DNA from: Verrucomicrobia bacterium UBA3783
Lineage (GTDB): Bacteria; Verrucomicrobiota; Kiritimatiellia; RFP12; UBA1067
NCBI GenBank assembly: GCA_002369235.1
Contig: DFFF01000035.1
Location: 3,284 to 52,686 of the forward strand
Reading direction: 5' to 3'
DNA length: 49,403 nt
Part shown: positions 13,592 to 21,949 of the stretch, one piece after another
Layout of the letters: the number at the start of each line of letters is the position of its first letter
Position numbering within the stretch: the first letter of the stretch is position 1
Translations under genes and position numbers: made by a program
Notes under the pieces: model-generated
What the model saw: only the letters and a program-made list of their open reading frames with translations
What the model was told of the DNA's origin: nothing
Database searches by the model: none

Positions 13592-15774
13592 AATGCGATT
13601 TCGTAGCCGTCCTGCCTGCCGCCGTTCACTCTGATCTTCGTCGCCGCGCCGTCTTTCCAGTCGATATCGACCGTATACCCGCCGCGCGCCTTGAGTCCGC
13701 GCACGGAACCCTCCGGCCAATCCGGCGGCAACGCCGGCAGGATGCGGATGAGCACCTTGCCGTCGGCCGTGGTCTCGTGGCTCTGGAGCAGCATTTCGCA
13801 AACTGCCGCCGTGAAGCCGAGATTGCCGTCGATCTGGAACGGCGGATGCGTGGCGAAGCCATTTGGGAGCAGGTTGTGTTCGAGGAGTCCGTAGAGCATT
13901 TCGCCGGCGCGGCGTCCATCGCCAAGCCGCGCCCACAGCGCGGCGCGCCACGGCCACGTCCAGCTGCGGCGCGAGTCGCCGGAAGTCGACCGCCCGACGC
14001 CCAGCGAAACCGCCGCCGCCGCCGCCAATTCCGGAGTTCCCTGGCGCGTGATCGTCTTGCCGGGATACACGGCGAAGAGATGGCTCGTATGGCGATGGTC
14101 GTCGCCCTTCACGTCCATGTCCTGCTGCCACTCCTGAAGCTGGCCCCACGAGCCGATCTTGTTGCCGCCAAGCTGCTCGAGCGTCTTTTCGAGCACGGCG
14201 ACATTCACGATGTTGGAGACTCCGAGCGTCTTCGCGGCGGCAATCGTATCTTCGAGAAGTTCGGCCATGATCTGCTGGTCGTGCATCACGCCATCGGCCA
14301 CGGGGCCGTGCTCCGGGCTCCAGCCGTTCTTGACGAGCAGCGTTCCTTCCGGGCCGGTTTTGAGGTGCGAGAGCATGAACGCCGCGGCGTCGGCCAAAAG
14401 CGGCATCGCCTTTTCGCGGAGATATTTTTCGTCGCCGGTGAAGAGGTAGTGGTCGTAGGCCATGATCGCCATCCACGGCGCACCGGCGAAATTCCACCTC
14501 CAGCCGCCGCCGCCGAAGGCGTTCATGGACGTGCGGTATGCGACACCCTGCGAATCCGGGAAGGCTAGGCGCGTTTCAATCCCGGCGTTGCGCCGAACGG
14601 CCAGGAGAAAATCCGCCACCGGATCCCAAAGCCCGGAGAGATTCGCGGCATCGACCGCCCAGTAATTCATCTGGAGATTGATGTTCGTATGGTAGTCAGA
14701 GTGCCACGGCGGCCGATTCGTATTGTTCCAAAGCCCCTGGAGATTCGCAGGGAGCGTGCCCGGACGGCTCGACGAAATGAGCAGATAACGCCCATAGTTG
14801 AAAAGCGTCTCGGCCATCTCGCGCGATTCGGCCGCGAAATCCTCGAGCATGAGGAACCCGACAAATCCTTCGCCGCCGGAAAGTCTGGCGACCTTGAGCC
14901 GAGTTGGGCTTCTGTTCCACGAAGCGAGCGCGGGAGAGTCGCATCCGAGATCGAGTTTTACGCGGTCGAACCACTCGCGGTAGTCGGCGATATGCCGCTT
15001 TTTAAGCGCATCGAAATCCCCTTCAAACCGCGTCGGGAACTGCCCGCACGGCTGGCCGAGCCCAAAGTCTAGCCGCTTCATGTCGTAGCCGGTCTTGGCG
15101 CGGAGGAAGACGACGAGATTGGTGCCGCCGTCGTTATGCCAGTCGGCGCGCGCGGCGTAAGCGAGAGCGTTGGTCATGACTCCTTCGAAGCACTTCGAAC
15201 CCGGGCAAGGATTGTAGGCCTTCGCACCGTGGGCATCCTTTAGCCGGATCGTCGCTTCAAACGGTTTCGAGGCCGTGAACCTGAGCGCGATTATGCCGTC
15301 CGGCGCACTCGCGAACGCTTCGCGGCGCACCTCCACGATACCGTCTTTGCTCTTGAGCATGAAGCGAGTCTCGTGCGTGGCGGTCGCGAGATCGAGCGTG
15401 CGCGAATAGCCGTGAACCTTTCCCGCCTGAGCCGCTGCGGTTTTGGGATAGCCGGCGAACTCCACGGAAAGCCTGCCGAAATTCTGGTAGTCGCCGACCG
15501 TCCGGTCGGTCGCGACGCTCTCGATTTCGCCGGCGGCGCCGGATAAGTTGGCATCGCCGGTCCAAAGCGAATCCACATTGAACTGCAATTCCTCCACGGC
15601 GACGCCGCCGCGGAGCATGCCGCCGAGGCTGCCGTTGCCGATCGGATACCACGTGCCTATCGCCGCCGCCGCCGAATTCGTCGCGCCCGGACTATCGTCC
15701 CAGATCTTCGTTCCGCCGCTTGCCGATTGCGCTATCGCGATGGCGGCGATGCCTGCCGTCAAAATGACTCTCAT
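13588..15774 (-). CDS. secreted glycoside hydrolase, GH95-like (alpha-L-fucosidase family)
   Basis: Signal peptide MRVILTAGIAAIAIAQSASG. PIGNGSLGGMLRGGV..EELQFNVDSLWTG matches the GH95 N-terminal signature, and the size (728 aa) fits. There is a strong SD (GGGGAAGAGG) before the ATG. Confidence 0.78.
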   Translation of the reverse strand: MRVILTAGIAAIAIAQSASGGTKIWDDSPGATNSAAAAIGTWYPIGNGSLGGMLRGGVAVEELQFNVDSLWTGDANLSGAAGEIESVATDRTVGDYQNFGRLSVEFAGYPKTAAAQAGKVHGYSRTLDLATATHETRFMLKSKDGIVEVRREAFASAPDGIIALRFTASKPFEATIRLKDAHGAKAYNPCPGSKCFEGVMTNALAYAARADWHNDGGTNLVVFLRAKTGYDMKRLDFGLGQPCGQFPTRFEGDFDALKKRHIADYREWFDRVKLDLGCDSPALASWNRSPTRLKVARLSGGEGFVGFLMLEDFAAESREMAETLFNYGRYLLISSSRPGTLPANLQGLWNNTNRPPWHSDYHTNINLQMNYWAVDAANLSGLWDPVADFLLAVRRNAGIETRLAFPDSQGVAYRTSMNAFGGGGWRWNFAGAPWMAIMAYDHYLFTGDEKYLREKAMPLLADAAAFMLSHLKTGPEGTLLVKNGWSPEHGPVADGVMHDQQIMAELLEDTIAAAKTLGVSNIVNVAVLEKTLEQLGGNKIGSWGQLQEWQQDMDVKGDDHRHTSHLFAVYPGKTITRQGTPELAAAAAVSLGVGRSTSGDSRRSWTWPWRAALWARLGDGRRAGEMLYGLLEHNLLPNGFATHPPFQIDGNLGFTAAVCEMLLQSHETTADGKVLIRILPALPPDWPEGSVRGLKARGGYTVDIDWKDGAATKIRVNGGRQDGYEIAL

Positions 15775-16429
15775 GTATGAATCCTCTTCCCCTTAAAACC
15801 GGCACCCCCCAGCCAAACCGGATGGACAATGCCCGCAAAACAAAAATCGAAACCATGCAAACGACACCCGCAATATCCGAACTCACGCCGGCATCCTGCA
15901 GAATTATGTACAGCGCGCCTCCCGCGGCGCACGCCATGGCGTAAAGCTCCCTGCGGAAAATGAGCGGCACTTCGTTGATGAGCACATCGCGCAAAACGCC
16001 GCCAAACACCGCCGTTATCACCCCGAGAATAATCGACACCACACTCCCGAATCCGGCGCCAAGGCTCTTTTCCAGCCCCACGACCATGAAGGCGGATATC
16101 GAAATCGTGTCGAACACGAACCAGGTGATCTTCTCGCTGATGAACCGCCGGCCGAAAAACCACATCAGCACGAGTGCAAGGAGCGTGGTCGCGATGTATA
16201 TGGGGTCGTCCATCCAAAACGCATGCGTCTGCAGCAGAATGTCGCGCAAAGTGCCGCCGCCGATCGCGGTCACGAACCCGACGACAAACGCGCCGAACCA
16301 GTCGAATTTCTTGGCGCACGCGAGACGGATCCCGGATACCGCGCCGGCGAAAGTGCCGATCTGATACAGCAGAAACTCGACCGGATTCGCGCTCGCCGAG
16401 GCGAATAGCTGCTTGAGATATTCTTCCAT
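15692..16429 (-). CDS. TRIC/UPF0126-family cation channel (YadS-like)
   Basis: Two UPF0126 repeats (AIGGGTLRDILL and VFGGVLRDVLI). The 40-aa basic tail overlaps the GH95 start by 83 nt. Confidence 0.8.
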   Translation of the reverse strand: MEEYLKQLFASASANPVEFLLYQIGTFAGAVSGIRLACAKKFDWFGAFVVGFVTAIGGGTLRDILLQTHAFWMDDPIYIATTLLALVLMWFFGRRFISEKITWFVFDTISISAFMVVGLEKSLGAGFGSVVSIILGVITAVFGGVLRDVLINEVPLIFRRELYAMACAAGGALYIILQDAGVSSDIAGVVCMVSIFVLRALSIRFGWGVPVLRGRGFIHESHFDGRHRRHRDSAIGKRRNEDLGR

Positions 16430-17376
16430 CAGAACTTGTTCTTGCGCGAAAGAATATAGAACACCGCGCCAATCGCACTCGCCAGAAGGAACGACACCCC
16501 CATGACAATCCCGAACGCATGGCCGGAGGCCTGGAACGGCAAGGTGATGTTCATGCCGTACATCGAAGCGATCAAGGTAGGCACGGCAAGAAGAATCGTC
16601 ACCGCGGTGAGATACTTCATGACGTTGTTCATGTTGTTGTTGATGATCGAGGCGAACGCATCCAGAGTGCCGTTCAAAATGTTCGCGTGGATTGTCGCGA
16701 TCTCCAGCGCCTGCTCATATTCCACCATCGCGTCCTCGAGCTGGTCGCGGTCGTCTTCCGAAAGCTGCAGCTGGCGCGAGGTGTTCGCGCGGGCGAGGGC
16801 TATCGTATCGGCCTTGAGCGAGGTGGTGAAGTAGACGAGCGCCTTCTCGATATTGAGGAACTTCAAAAGGATTTCGTTGGAGATCGACTCGTGGATTTCA
16901 TCTTCCAGCGCCTCGGTGCGCTGATGGAGATCGTGGAGATACCTGAGGAACAACACGCCGCCGTGCCACAACAGCCGGAAGGTGAAGCGGTAGCGGTCCG
17001 ACGGCGGACACACCCTGCGGATCTGGTCGAGAAACGCCGTCGTGACCGGAGTCTGCGCATTGCACACCGTGACGACCATATCCTGCAACAGGATGATGCC
17101 CATAGGAATCGTGCGGTAAGGCACGACATCGTCGTCGTCCACCAGATACGGCACGTGGATGAGCAGCATCGCGACGCCGTCGTCGTAATCGAAACGCGGG
17201 CGCTCGTCGCGGTCGAGAGGGTCGGTGAGGAAGTCGCGCGGGATGATGTCCTTGGAGAACGAGAGCACCTGCTCGAGCTCGGTCGTCGTGGGCTCGCAGA
17301 GATTGACCCAGCAGCCCGGCACGAACTCCGGGCTTTCGCGAAGCCCGCCGTTCTCCCATTTGTAGATGGTCATCAT
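16429..17376 (-). CDS. corA: CorA-family magnesium/cobalt transporter
   Basis: The C-terminal YGMNITLPF (GMN motif) lies between two TM helices, and the cytoplasmic domain is CorA-like. Confidence 0.85.
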   Translation of the reverse strand: MMTIYKWENGGLRESPEFVPGCWVNLCEPTTTELEQVLSFSKDIIPRDFLTDPLDRDERPRFDYDDGVAMLLIHVPYLVDDDDVVPYRTIPMGIILLQDMVVTVCNAQTPVTTAFLDQIRRVCPPSDRYRFTFRLLWHGGVLFLRYLHDLHQRTEALEDEIHESISNEILLKFLNIEKALVYFTTSLKADTIALARANTSRQLQLSEDDRDQLEDAMVEYEQALEIATIHANILNGTLDAFASIINNNMNNVMKYLTAVTILLAVPTLIASMYGMNITLPFQASGHAFGIVMGVSFLLASAIGAVFYILSRKNKF

Positions 17377-17469
17377 CTCATTATTCTTTCTTCTTCAAAC
17401 TTTTGTCTCACGCTTTCGTTCGCTTTCGTCCGCAAAGTTTTTTCTCTCTGTGCCTCTGTGCGGTTGAAA

Positions 17470-18489
17470 TCACGCGAGCTCCTTCAGGAAGCGGACGTCG
17501 TTCTCGTAGAGCCAGCGGATGTCCGGAATCCCGTACTTGATCATCGCGATGCGCTCCACGCCGAACCCGAACGCATAGCCGGAGACCTGCGCAGGGTCGT
17601 AGCCGACGTGCTGGAACACGCGCGGATCGACCATGCCGGCGCCGGCAACCTCGATCCAGCCGGAATCCTTGCACACGCGGCAACCCTTGCCCTTGCATAC
17701 ATGGCAGGTGAAATCCACCTCCACCGAAGGCTCGGTGAACGGGAAGAAGTGCGGACGGAACCGCACCGTCACCCCGTCGCCCATCATTTCCTTCGCGAAA
17801 TACGCGAGCACGCTCTTCAAATCCGCGAGCGAAACGGGCTTGGTATCCACATAGAGGCCTTCGATCTGATGGAAATTCGCGCTGTGGGTGGCGTCGGTCG
17901 TGTCGCGGCGGAAAGTGCGTCCGGGACAGATGACGCGCACCGGCGGCTTGTTCGCCATCATCGTGCGGATCTGCACCGGCGAGGTCTGCGTGCGGAGCAG
18001 GCAATCGTCGTTGAACCAGAAAGTATCCGTGCGGTCTTGCGAAGGGTGGTGCGGCGGCGTATTGAGCGCCGTGAAATTGTTGAACCGGTTTTCAAGTTCC
18101 GGGCCTTCCACCACCGTAAAGCCCAACCGACCGAATATCCGCGCCGTTTCCTCGATGACTCGCGTCAAGGGATGTTTGGAGCCGAGCGCCATCCAGCGTC
18201 CGGGCTTGGTGAGATCCAATTCTTCCCGATCCCCGATTCCCGATTCCCGATTCCCTGTTCCCCGTTCCCTGATCGCCGCCTCTACTTCCGCCTTCCACGC
18301 CTGGATTGCCTTGCCGAAAGCCGGGCGTTCGGCCTGTGGAACGTCCTTCATGCCTTTGATAAGCGCGGGAATCGAGCCATTGCGCCCGACGTATTTGACG
18401 CGCAAAGCCTCAATCGCCGCCGCATCTGCCGCCGCAGCGATTTCCTTGAGGCTTGCCGCCTTAAGTTCTTCCAATTCCGCAAGTGTCAT
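17470..18489 (-). CDS. pheS: phenylalanine--tRNA ligase alpha subunit
   Basis: Full-length PheS similarity (FRRDTTDATHSANFHQIEGL, FFPFTEPSVEVD, GAGMVDPRV). GAGGAG SD. No pheT follows. Confidence 0.95.
   Translation of the reverse strand: MTLAELEELKAASLKEIAAAADAAAIEALRVKYVGRNGSIPALIKGMKDVPQAERPAFGKAIQAWKAEVEAAIRERGTGNRESGIGDREELDLTKPGRWMALGSKHPLTRVIEETARIFGRLGFTVVEGPELENRFNNFTALNTPPHHPSQDRTDTFWFNDDCLLRTQTSPVQIRTMMANKPPVRVICPGRTFRRDTTDATHSANFHQIEGLYVDTKPVSLADLKSVLAYFAKEMMGDGVTVRFRPHFFPFTEPSVEVDFTCHVCKGKGCRVCKDSGWIEVAGAGMVDPRVFQHVGYDPAQVSGYAFGFGVERIAMIKYGIPDIRWLYENDVRFLKELA
18225..18273. repeat. seven tandem heptamers (CCCGATT-like), giving G3N4 tracts on the pheS coding strand
   Basis: Plus strand reads cccgatc cccgatt cccgatt cccgatt ccctgtt ccccgtt ccctgat. 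This encodes RERGTGNRESGIGDREE inside pheS. Confidence 0.9.
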
Positions 18490-18512
18490 TTCAACTCCTC
18501 GAATTTTTGTAA

Positions 18513-18541
18513 ATTATACCAAAAATCGCGCCAAAATGCAA
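18513..18541 (-). promoter_or_regulatory. sigma70-like promoter for pheS (TTGCAT-17-TATAAT, extended -10)
   Basis: Same 32-nt sequence as the recA promoter. The -10 element lies 23 nt upstream of the pheS ATG. Confidence 0.62.
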
Positions 18542-18672
18542 TACGAGAAGAATCTCTTTTTGACTGGGTGGAAAGTGAAATCGACTTGGTGGAAAGTGAC
18601 CACACAGAGGCACAAAGGCACAGAGGGAGAGATTTTTCGCTTTTTCGATTAATCGATTCTTCGATTGCCGCC

Positions 18673-18814
18673 CTACCAAGTCCAGATGCCTAGACTACCA
18701 AGTCCAGAAGTCTAGACTACGAAGTCCAAGGGGCTGGACTACGAAGTCGAGATGCCTAGACTACCAAGTCCAGAAGCCTAGACTACGAAGTCCAAGGGTC
18801 TAGACTACCGAGAG
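18673..18814. repeat. 22-bp tandem repeat array (6.5 units; 66-bp higher-order period)
   Basis: Units: ctaccaagtccagatgcctaga / ctaccaagtccagaagtctaga / ctacgaagtccaaggggctgga / ctacgaagtcgagatgcctaga / ctaccaagtccagaagcctaga / ctacgaagtccaagggtctaga / ctaccgagag. The array is bracketed by direct repeats containing cgattcttcgattgc (18641-18668 and 18817-18852). Confidence 0.95.
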
Positions 18815-18892
18815 AATTTTTCGATTCTTCGACTAACCGATTCTTCGATTGCGGAATTTTACCTGCAAAGAGCGGTTTTGCGGGTAAATTTG

Positions 18893-19810
18893 CTATTTTA
18901 TGCCGTATAAGGCCAATTCAAAGGCTTGATCCGACTGTTTTTTGACTGCATCAAGCACCAGCGCAACCGCGAATGACAATAGCGACGCCGTAATTAAACA
19001 GCAGGCAAATATCAATGTCGGGAATCTAGGCACCATCCCTGTCTTGAAATATTCCCCAAGCACAGGGACCGCAAAAACACCCGATGCAATTGCCAGCAAT
19101 AGACCGGAAATTCCAAAGAAAATCAACGGACGATAAAACCGAAACATATTGAAGATCGTTTTAAGAACTTTAACTCCGTCCGAAATCGTATTTAATTTCG
19201 AGCAAGACCCTTTTGGACGATCACGATACTGAATCGGGGTTTCGACAAACCTCATTCGTTTATCAAGCGCATGAAGTGTCATTTCCGTTTCGATTTCAAA
19301 ACCGGACGACAAAACAGGGCATGTCTTTACGAACCTCTTTGAAAACGCACGGTAGCCGGTCATGACGTCGCGAACGGTGCAATGCCAAAGCCGCTTGATG
19401 AGCCAACACACGAGCATATTGCCAAAGTTATGCCCGGGGCGCTTGTTCTCAGTCATATACGTCGAGGAAAGGCGATCTCCCGAAACCATGTCGGCCACGC
19501 CTGCGGCTATCGGCGCAACAAGTTTTTCCACTTCCTCGGCAGGGTAAGTGTCGTCACTATCGACCATTATGTATATATCGGCGTCAACTTCCTGGAACAT
19601 TCTGCGCACCACATGTCCTTTGCCTTGCTGCATGACTTTCCTGACGATGGCGCCTGCCTTGCGCGCCAGCTCGCCCGATCCATCGGTTGAATTGTTGTCA
19701 TAGACGAAGATGTCTGCTTGAGGCAACACCTTGCGAAAGTCGCCAACCACCTTCTCGATCGTCATCGACTCATTGTAGCAGGGGAGCAAAACCGCGATTT
19801 TACCATCCAT
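18893..19810 (-). CDS. GT2 polyprenyl-phosphate glycosyltransferase (GtrB/DPM1-like)
   Basis: AVLLPCYNE...VYDNNSTDGS...MVDSDDTYP (DxD) and two C-terminal TM helices. The 305-aa size matches GtrB-type enzymes. Low G+C. Confidence 0.85.
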   Translation of the reverse strand: MDGKIAVLLPCYNESMTIEKVVGDFRKVLPQADIFVYDNNSTDGSGELARKAGAIVRKVMQQGKGHVVRRMFQEVDADIYIMVDSDDTYPAEEVEKLVAPIAAGVADMVSGDRLSSTYMTENKRPGHNFGNMLVCWLIKRLWHCTVRDVMTGYRAFSKRFVKTCPVLSSGFEIETEMTLHALDKRMRFVETPIQYRDRPKGSCSKLNTISDGVKVLKTIFNMFRFYRPLIFFGISGLLLAIASGVFAVPVLGEYFKTGMVPRFPTLIFACCLITASLLSFAVALVLDAVKKQSDQAFELALYGIK

Positions 19811-19825
19811 AGTACCACCTCTTTC

Positions 19826-21556
19826 TCATTTACGTCCAAAACCGCTCCATAGAACGTGCGGCAAGCCCGAATATGCCTTGCGCCAAGGGAATCTCAATAT
19901 TTCCATTGGGGAATTTACAAGCGGAAACTCTTCATCGACTTCAACCGCCTCTGCCCGTGCATTTCCGATTGCAGCCCACATATATTGTCCATCATACGAA
20001 AAACGCGGCACCTCTTCTGCAATGTCCCTGTCTGGCAAATAATTTATTCCGCCCACAGACAGTCTTCTGGACAACGAATACGAGTTCGCTATTTTACCGT
20101 CACTTCCCCAGACGCTGGATTTTGCTTTCAAGCATGATATCGCAGCTTGCCTGCACCGTTCTTCTGCGATACTCCGCCCATAAAAGGCAATTGACCTCAT
20201 TATGCAAAGAAATGCAATCGCAACCGGCGCAAATACAACCAAGGCGCGAAATCCCATCTTGACGGCACCATTCCGCAAGTTGAATGACGGATTTGCCGCC
20301 AAGTTGAACAATGCCAAGATCGGGACCGCCCATATTTGCAGGAAGTAGCGGGAAAAACCAACATACTTTAAGGGCGTAACCAAAGTCGTCAGAAAAACAA
20401 ACAGACAGACAACCGTGACCAAATTCTTCTTTGAAAACACTAACGCGACAGCTCCCAGCAAAAGCATAACCCGAAAAGCAGCCCCAAATCCGGCAACTCC
20501 GCCGCAAACCGTAAACTCCGGCATAAAGTCCGGCTGCCCATATGCAACAGAACAAAACTTTACGGCCAAAGCAGGAGAAACCCAAGCGTAAAGCGTTCTG
20601 GCGACATATCCCATCTTCAGTGCATCTGCATTGCCGGTAAAATCGCTCGTTATATCTATAACCGGATGCGCAGATGAAAAAGACATGGTGGGATAAAATG
20701 GGCAGCTGTAGTTTATCAAAGAAGTCATCAATGGAGAAAACCCGACAATTATGACATATACTGCGATTATCAATGCGGCCACCCAAAATGACCGATCTTT
20801 AAATAGCACCGGGAGAATCAAAAGCCCCCAAAGAACAGCAACAACCAATCCAGTGGACTTGGCCAATGACGATACGGCAAATGCAATTCCAAACAGCCTC
20901 AAATCGGCAATTCGCCGTTCTTTTATGTAAAGCACTGCCGTAAACAGCATTATCATAATCCCTGCATAAGACAAATAATCAGCATATCCAGAAAGAAACG
21001 CTGTGAACTTGGTCGTGCATGTCACACACAAGGCAAACAACACGGACATTGCCGAATTCAAACGCCAAAACCGGCGCGAAAAATCAAATGCTGTCGCCAG
21101 GAGCGAGAACACCATCGCATAATTCAAAAACGAATCGGCGATATACAGCCCGGTAGACGCCCCCATCAGCGCACCGCAAAGTGCATTTAGCCGAGGAAGG
21201 AACAAGGCGTGAATTTTATTCAATGTCCATCCATTGACCAACACATCAAATTCTTCGATTGTGGCAGTGTAGACGGGATTCCATCCGTGCCTGAGTAGAT
21301 CTTGCATGGGAAAATGATAACTCATCACATCCGTGCCTACATACGAGAAGGTAAATGCCGTAAACAGGAGACATGCGGCAGACAGGGCGATAAAACAAAT
21401 CAAACGCTTTCGATCCTTCAGCAAAAGCGAAACCAAGGCGGCGCCAAATGCAATCCACATTGGATATGGAGAGCAAGGCACATTAAAAAAGAACAACAAA
21501 CTTTGCAGCAACACCCCAGACAGCAAAGTTGCCAATAATGATATGTCTACACGCAT
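19826..21556 (-). CDS. large polytopic membrane protein, putative GT-C-type glycosyltransferase (GtrC/ArnT-like role inferred)
   Basis: About 12-13 predicted TM segments plus a soluble C-terminal domain of roughly 100 aa. It lies directly upstream of the GtrB-like GT2 (15-nt gap). ATG at 21556; the track start at 21568 is TTG. No family-level match can be made by eye. Confidence 0.5.
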   Translation of the reverse strand: MRVDISLLATLLSGVLLQSLLFFFNVPCSPYPMWIAFGAALVSLLLKDRKRLICFIALSAACLLFTAFTFSYVGTDVMSYHFPMQDLLRHGWNPVYTATIEEFDVLVNGWTLNKIHALFLPRLNALCGALMGASTGLYIADSFLNYAMVFSLLATAFDFSRRFWRLNSAMSVLFALCVTCTTKFTAFLSGYADYLSYAGIMIMLFTAVLYIKERRIADLRLFGIAFAVSSLAKSTGLVVAVLWGLLILPVLFKDRSFWVAALIIAVYVIIVGFSPLMTSLINYSCPFYPTMSFSSAHPVIDITSDFTGNADALKMGYVARTLYAWVSPALAVKFCSVAYGQPDFMPEFTVCGGVAGFGAAFRVMLLLGAVALVFSKKNLVTVVCLFVFLTTLVTPLKYVGFSRYFLQIWAVPILALFNLAANPSFNLRNGAVKMGFRALVVFAPVAIAFLCIMRSIAFYGRSIAEERCRQAAISCLKAKSSVWGSDGKIANSYSLSRRLSVGGINYLPDRDIAEEVPRFSYDGQYMWAAIGNARAEAVEVDEEFPLVNSPMEILRFPWRKAYSGLPHVLWSGFGRK

Positions 21557-21920
21557 TTCCGCGACCAATTAGGCTCTCTAGTTGTCGCGCCGCATTCCTT
21601 GCCGCTTGGCTGTCCAAAAAGAAAGTGGCGCACCCTGAAAAATATCGTGTCTTCAAAGAGGCACCGGAAAGAGCCCGAATCAAAACACAATAACCAGAAT
21701 GCGCCACGCGATTGGACGTGGACGCATTCACGTATTTCGCTCTGATTCTAGAAAATTTCCGGTTTTCTTTGAAAGCTCGATACGTGAACACGCGTTCACT
21801 TCGCTCCACTTCGGAAGGCATCGCACATTGAGTGCTCTGCCGCCCTTATAGGAACTGCCATCCGCCCCAAAAGCCGTCAGGACGGATTATTCAATGGATT
21901 TATCCCCACGAACGGAAGAT

Positions 21921-21949
21921 ATTATATCAAAAATCCGTCGGAAAGGAAA
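21921..21949 (-). promoter_or_regulatory. possible extended -10 promoter for the low-GC glycosylation genes
   Basis: The minus strand reads TTTTTGATATAAT, the same -10 context as the other promoters, but the -35 (TTTCCT) is poor. Confidence 0.3.

Noticed and set aside
17377-17469. A terminator or Mg-sensing leader between pheS and corA.
   Set aside because: I found only weak 5-bp stems with large loops and no U-tract, and 93 nt is too short for an M-box. No call was made beyond the repeat motifs noted in the findings.
18673-18814. Possible CRISPR arrays at 18673-18814 and 40467-40576.
   Set aside because: The units are contiguous 22-bp repeats with no unique spacers, and no cas genes or leader are present. 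These are tandem repeats, not CRISPR.
18673-18814. The 66-bp higher-order repeat as a coding 22-aa peptide repeat.
   Set aside because: The CTAG/TAG in nearly every 22-bp unit produces stop codons in all three frames on both strands within each 66 bp. Track ORF 16519..18693 terminates inside the array.
18861-18885. Hairpin acctgcaaa-gagcggt-tttgcgggt after the GT2 gene as a rho-independent terminator.
   Set aside because: The stem has a mismatch, and on the transcribed (minus) strand it is followed by AAAAUUCC rather than a U-run. That is too weak to annotate.
21483-21821. 112-aa minus-strand ORF (MPSEVERSERVF...) as a real gene, for example a GtrA-like flippase.
   Set aside because: It is not hydrophobic, has no recognisable motifs and no SD, and overlaps the next gene's start out of frame. 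I kept it only as part of a finding about the long leader.
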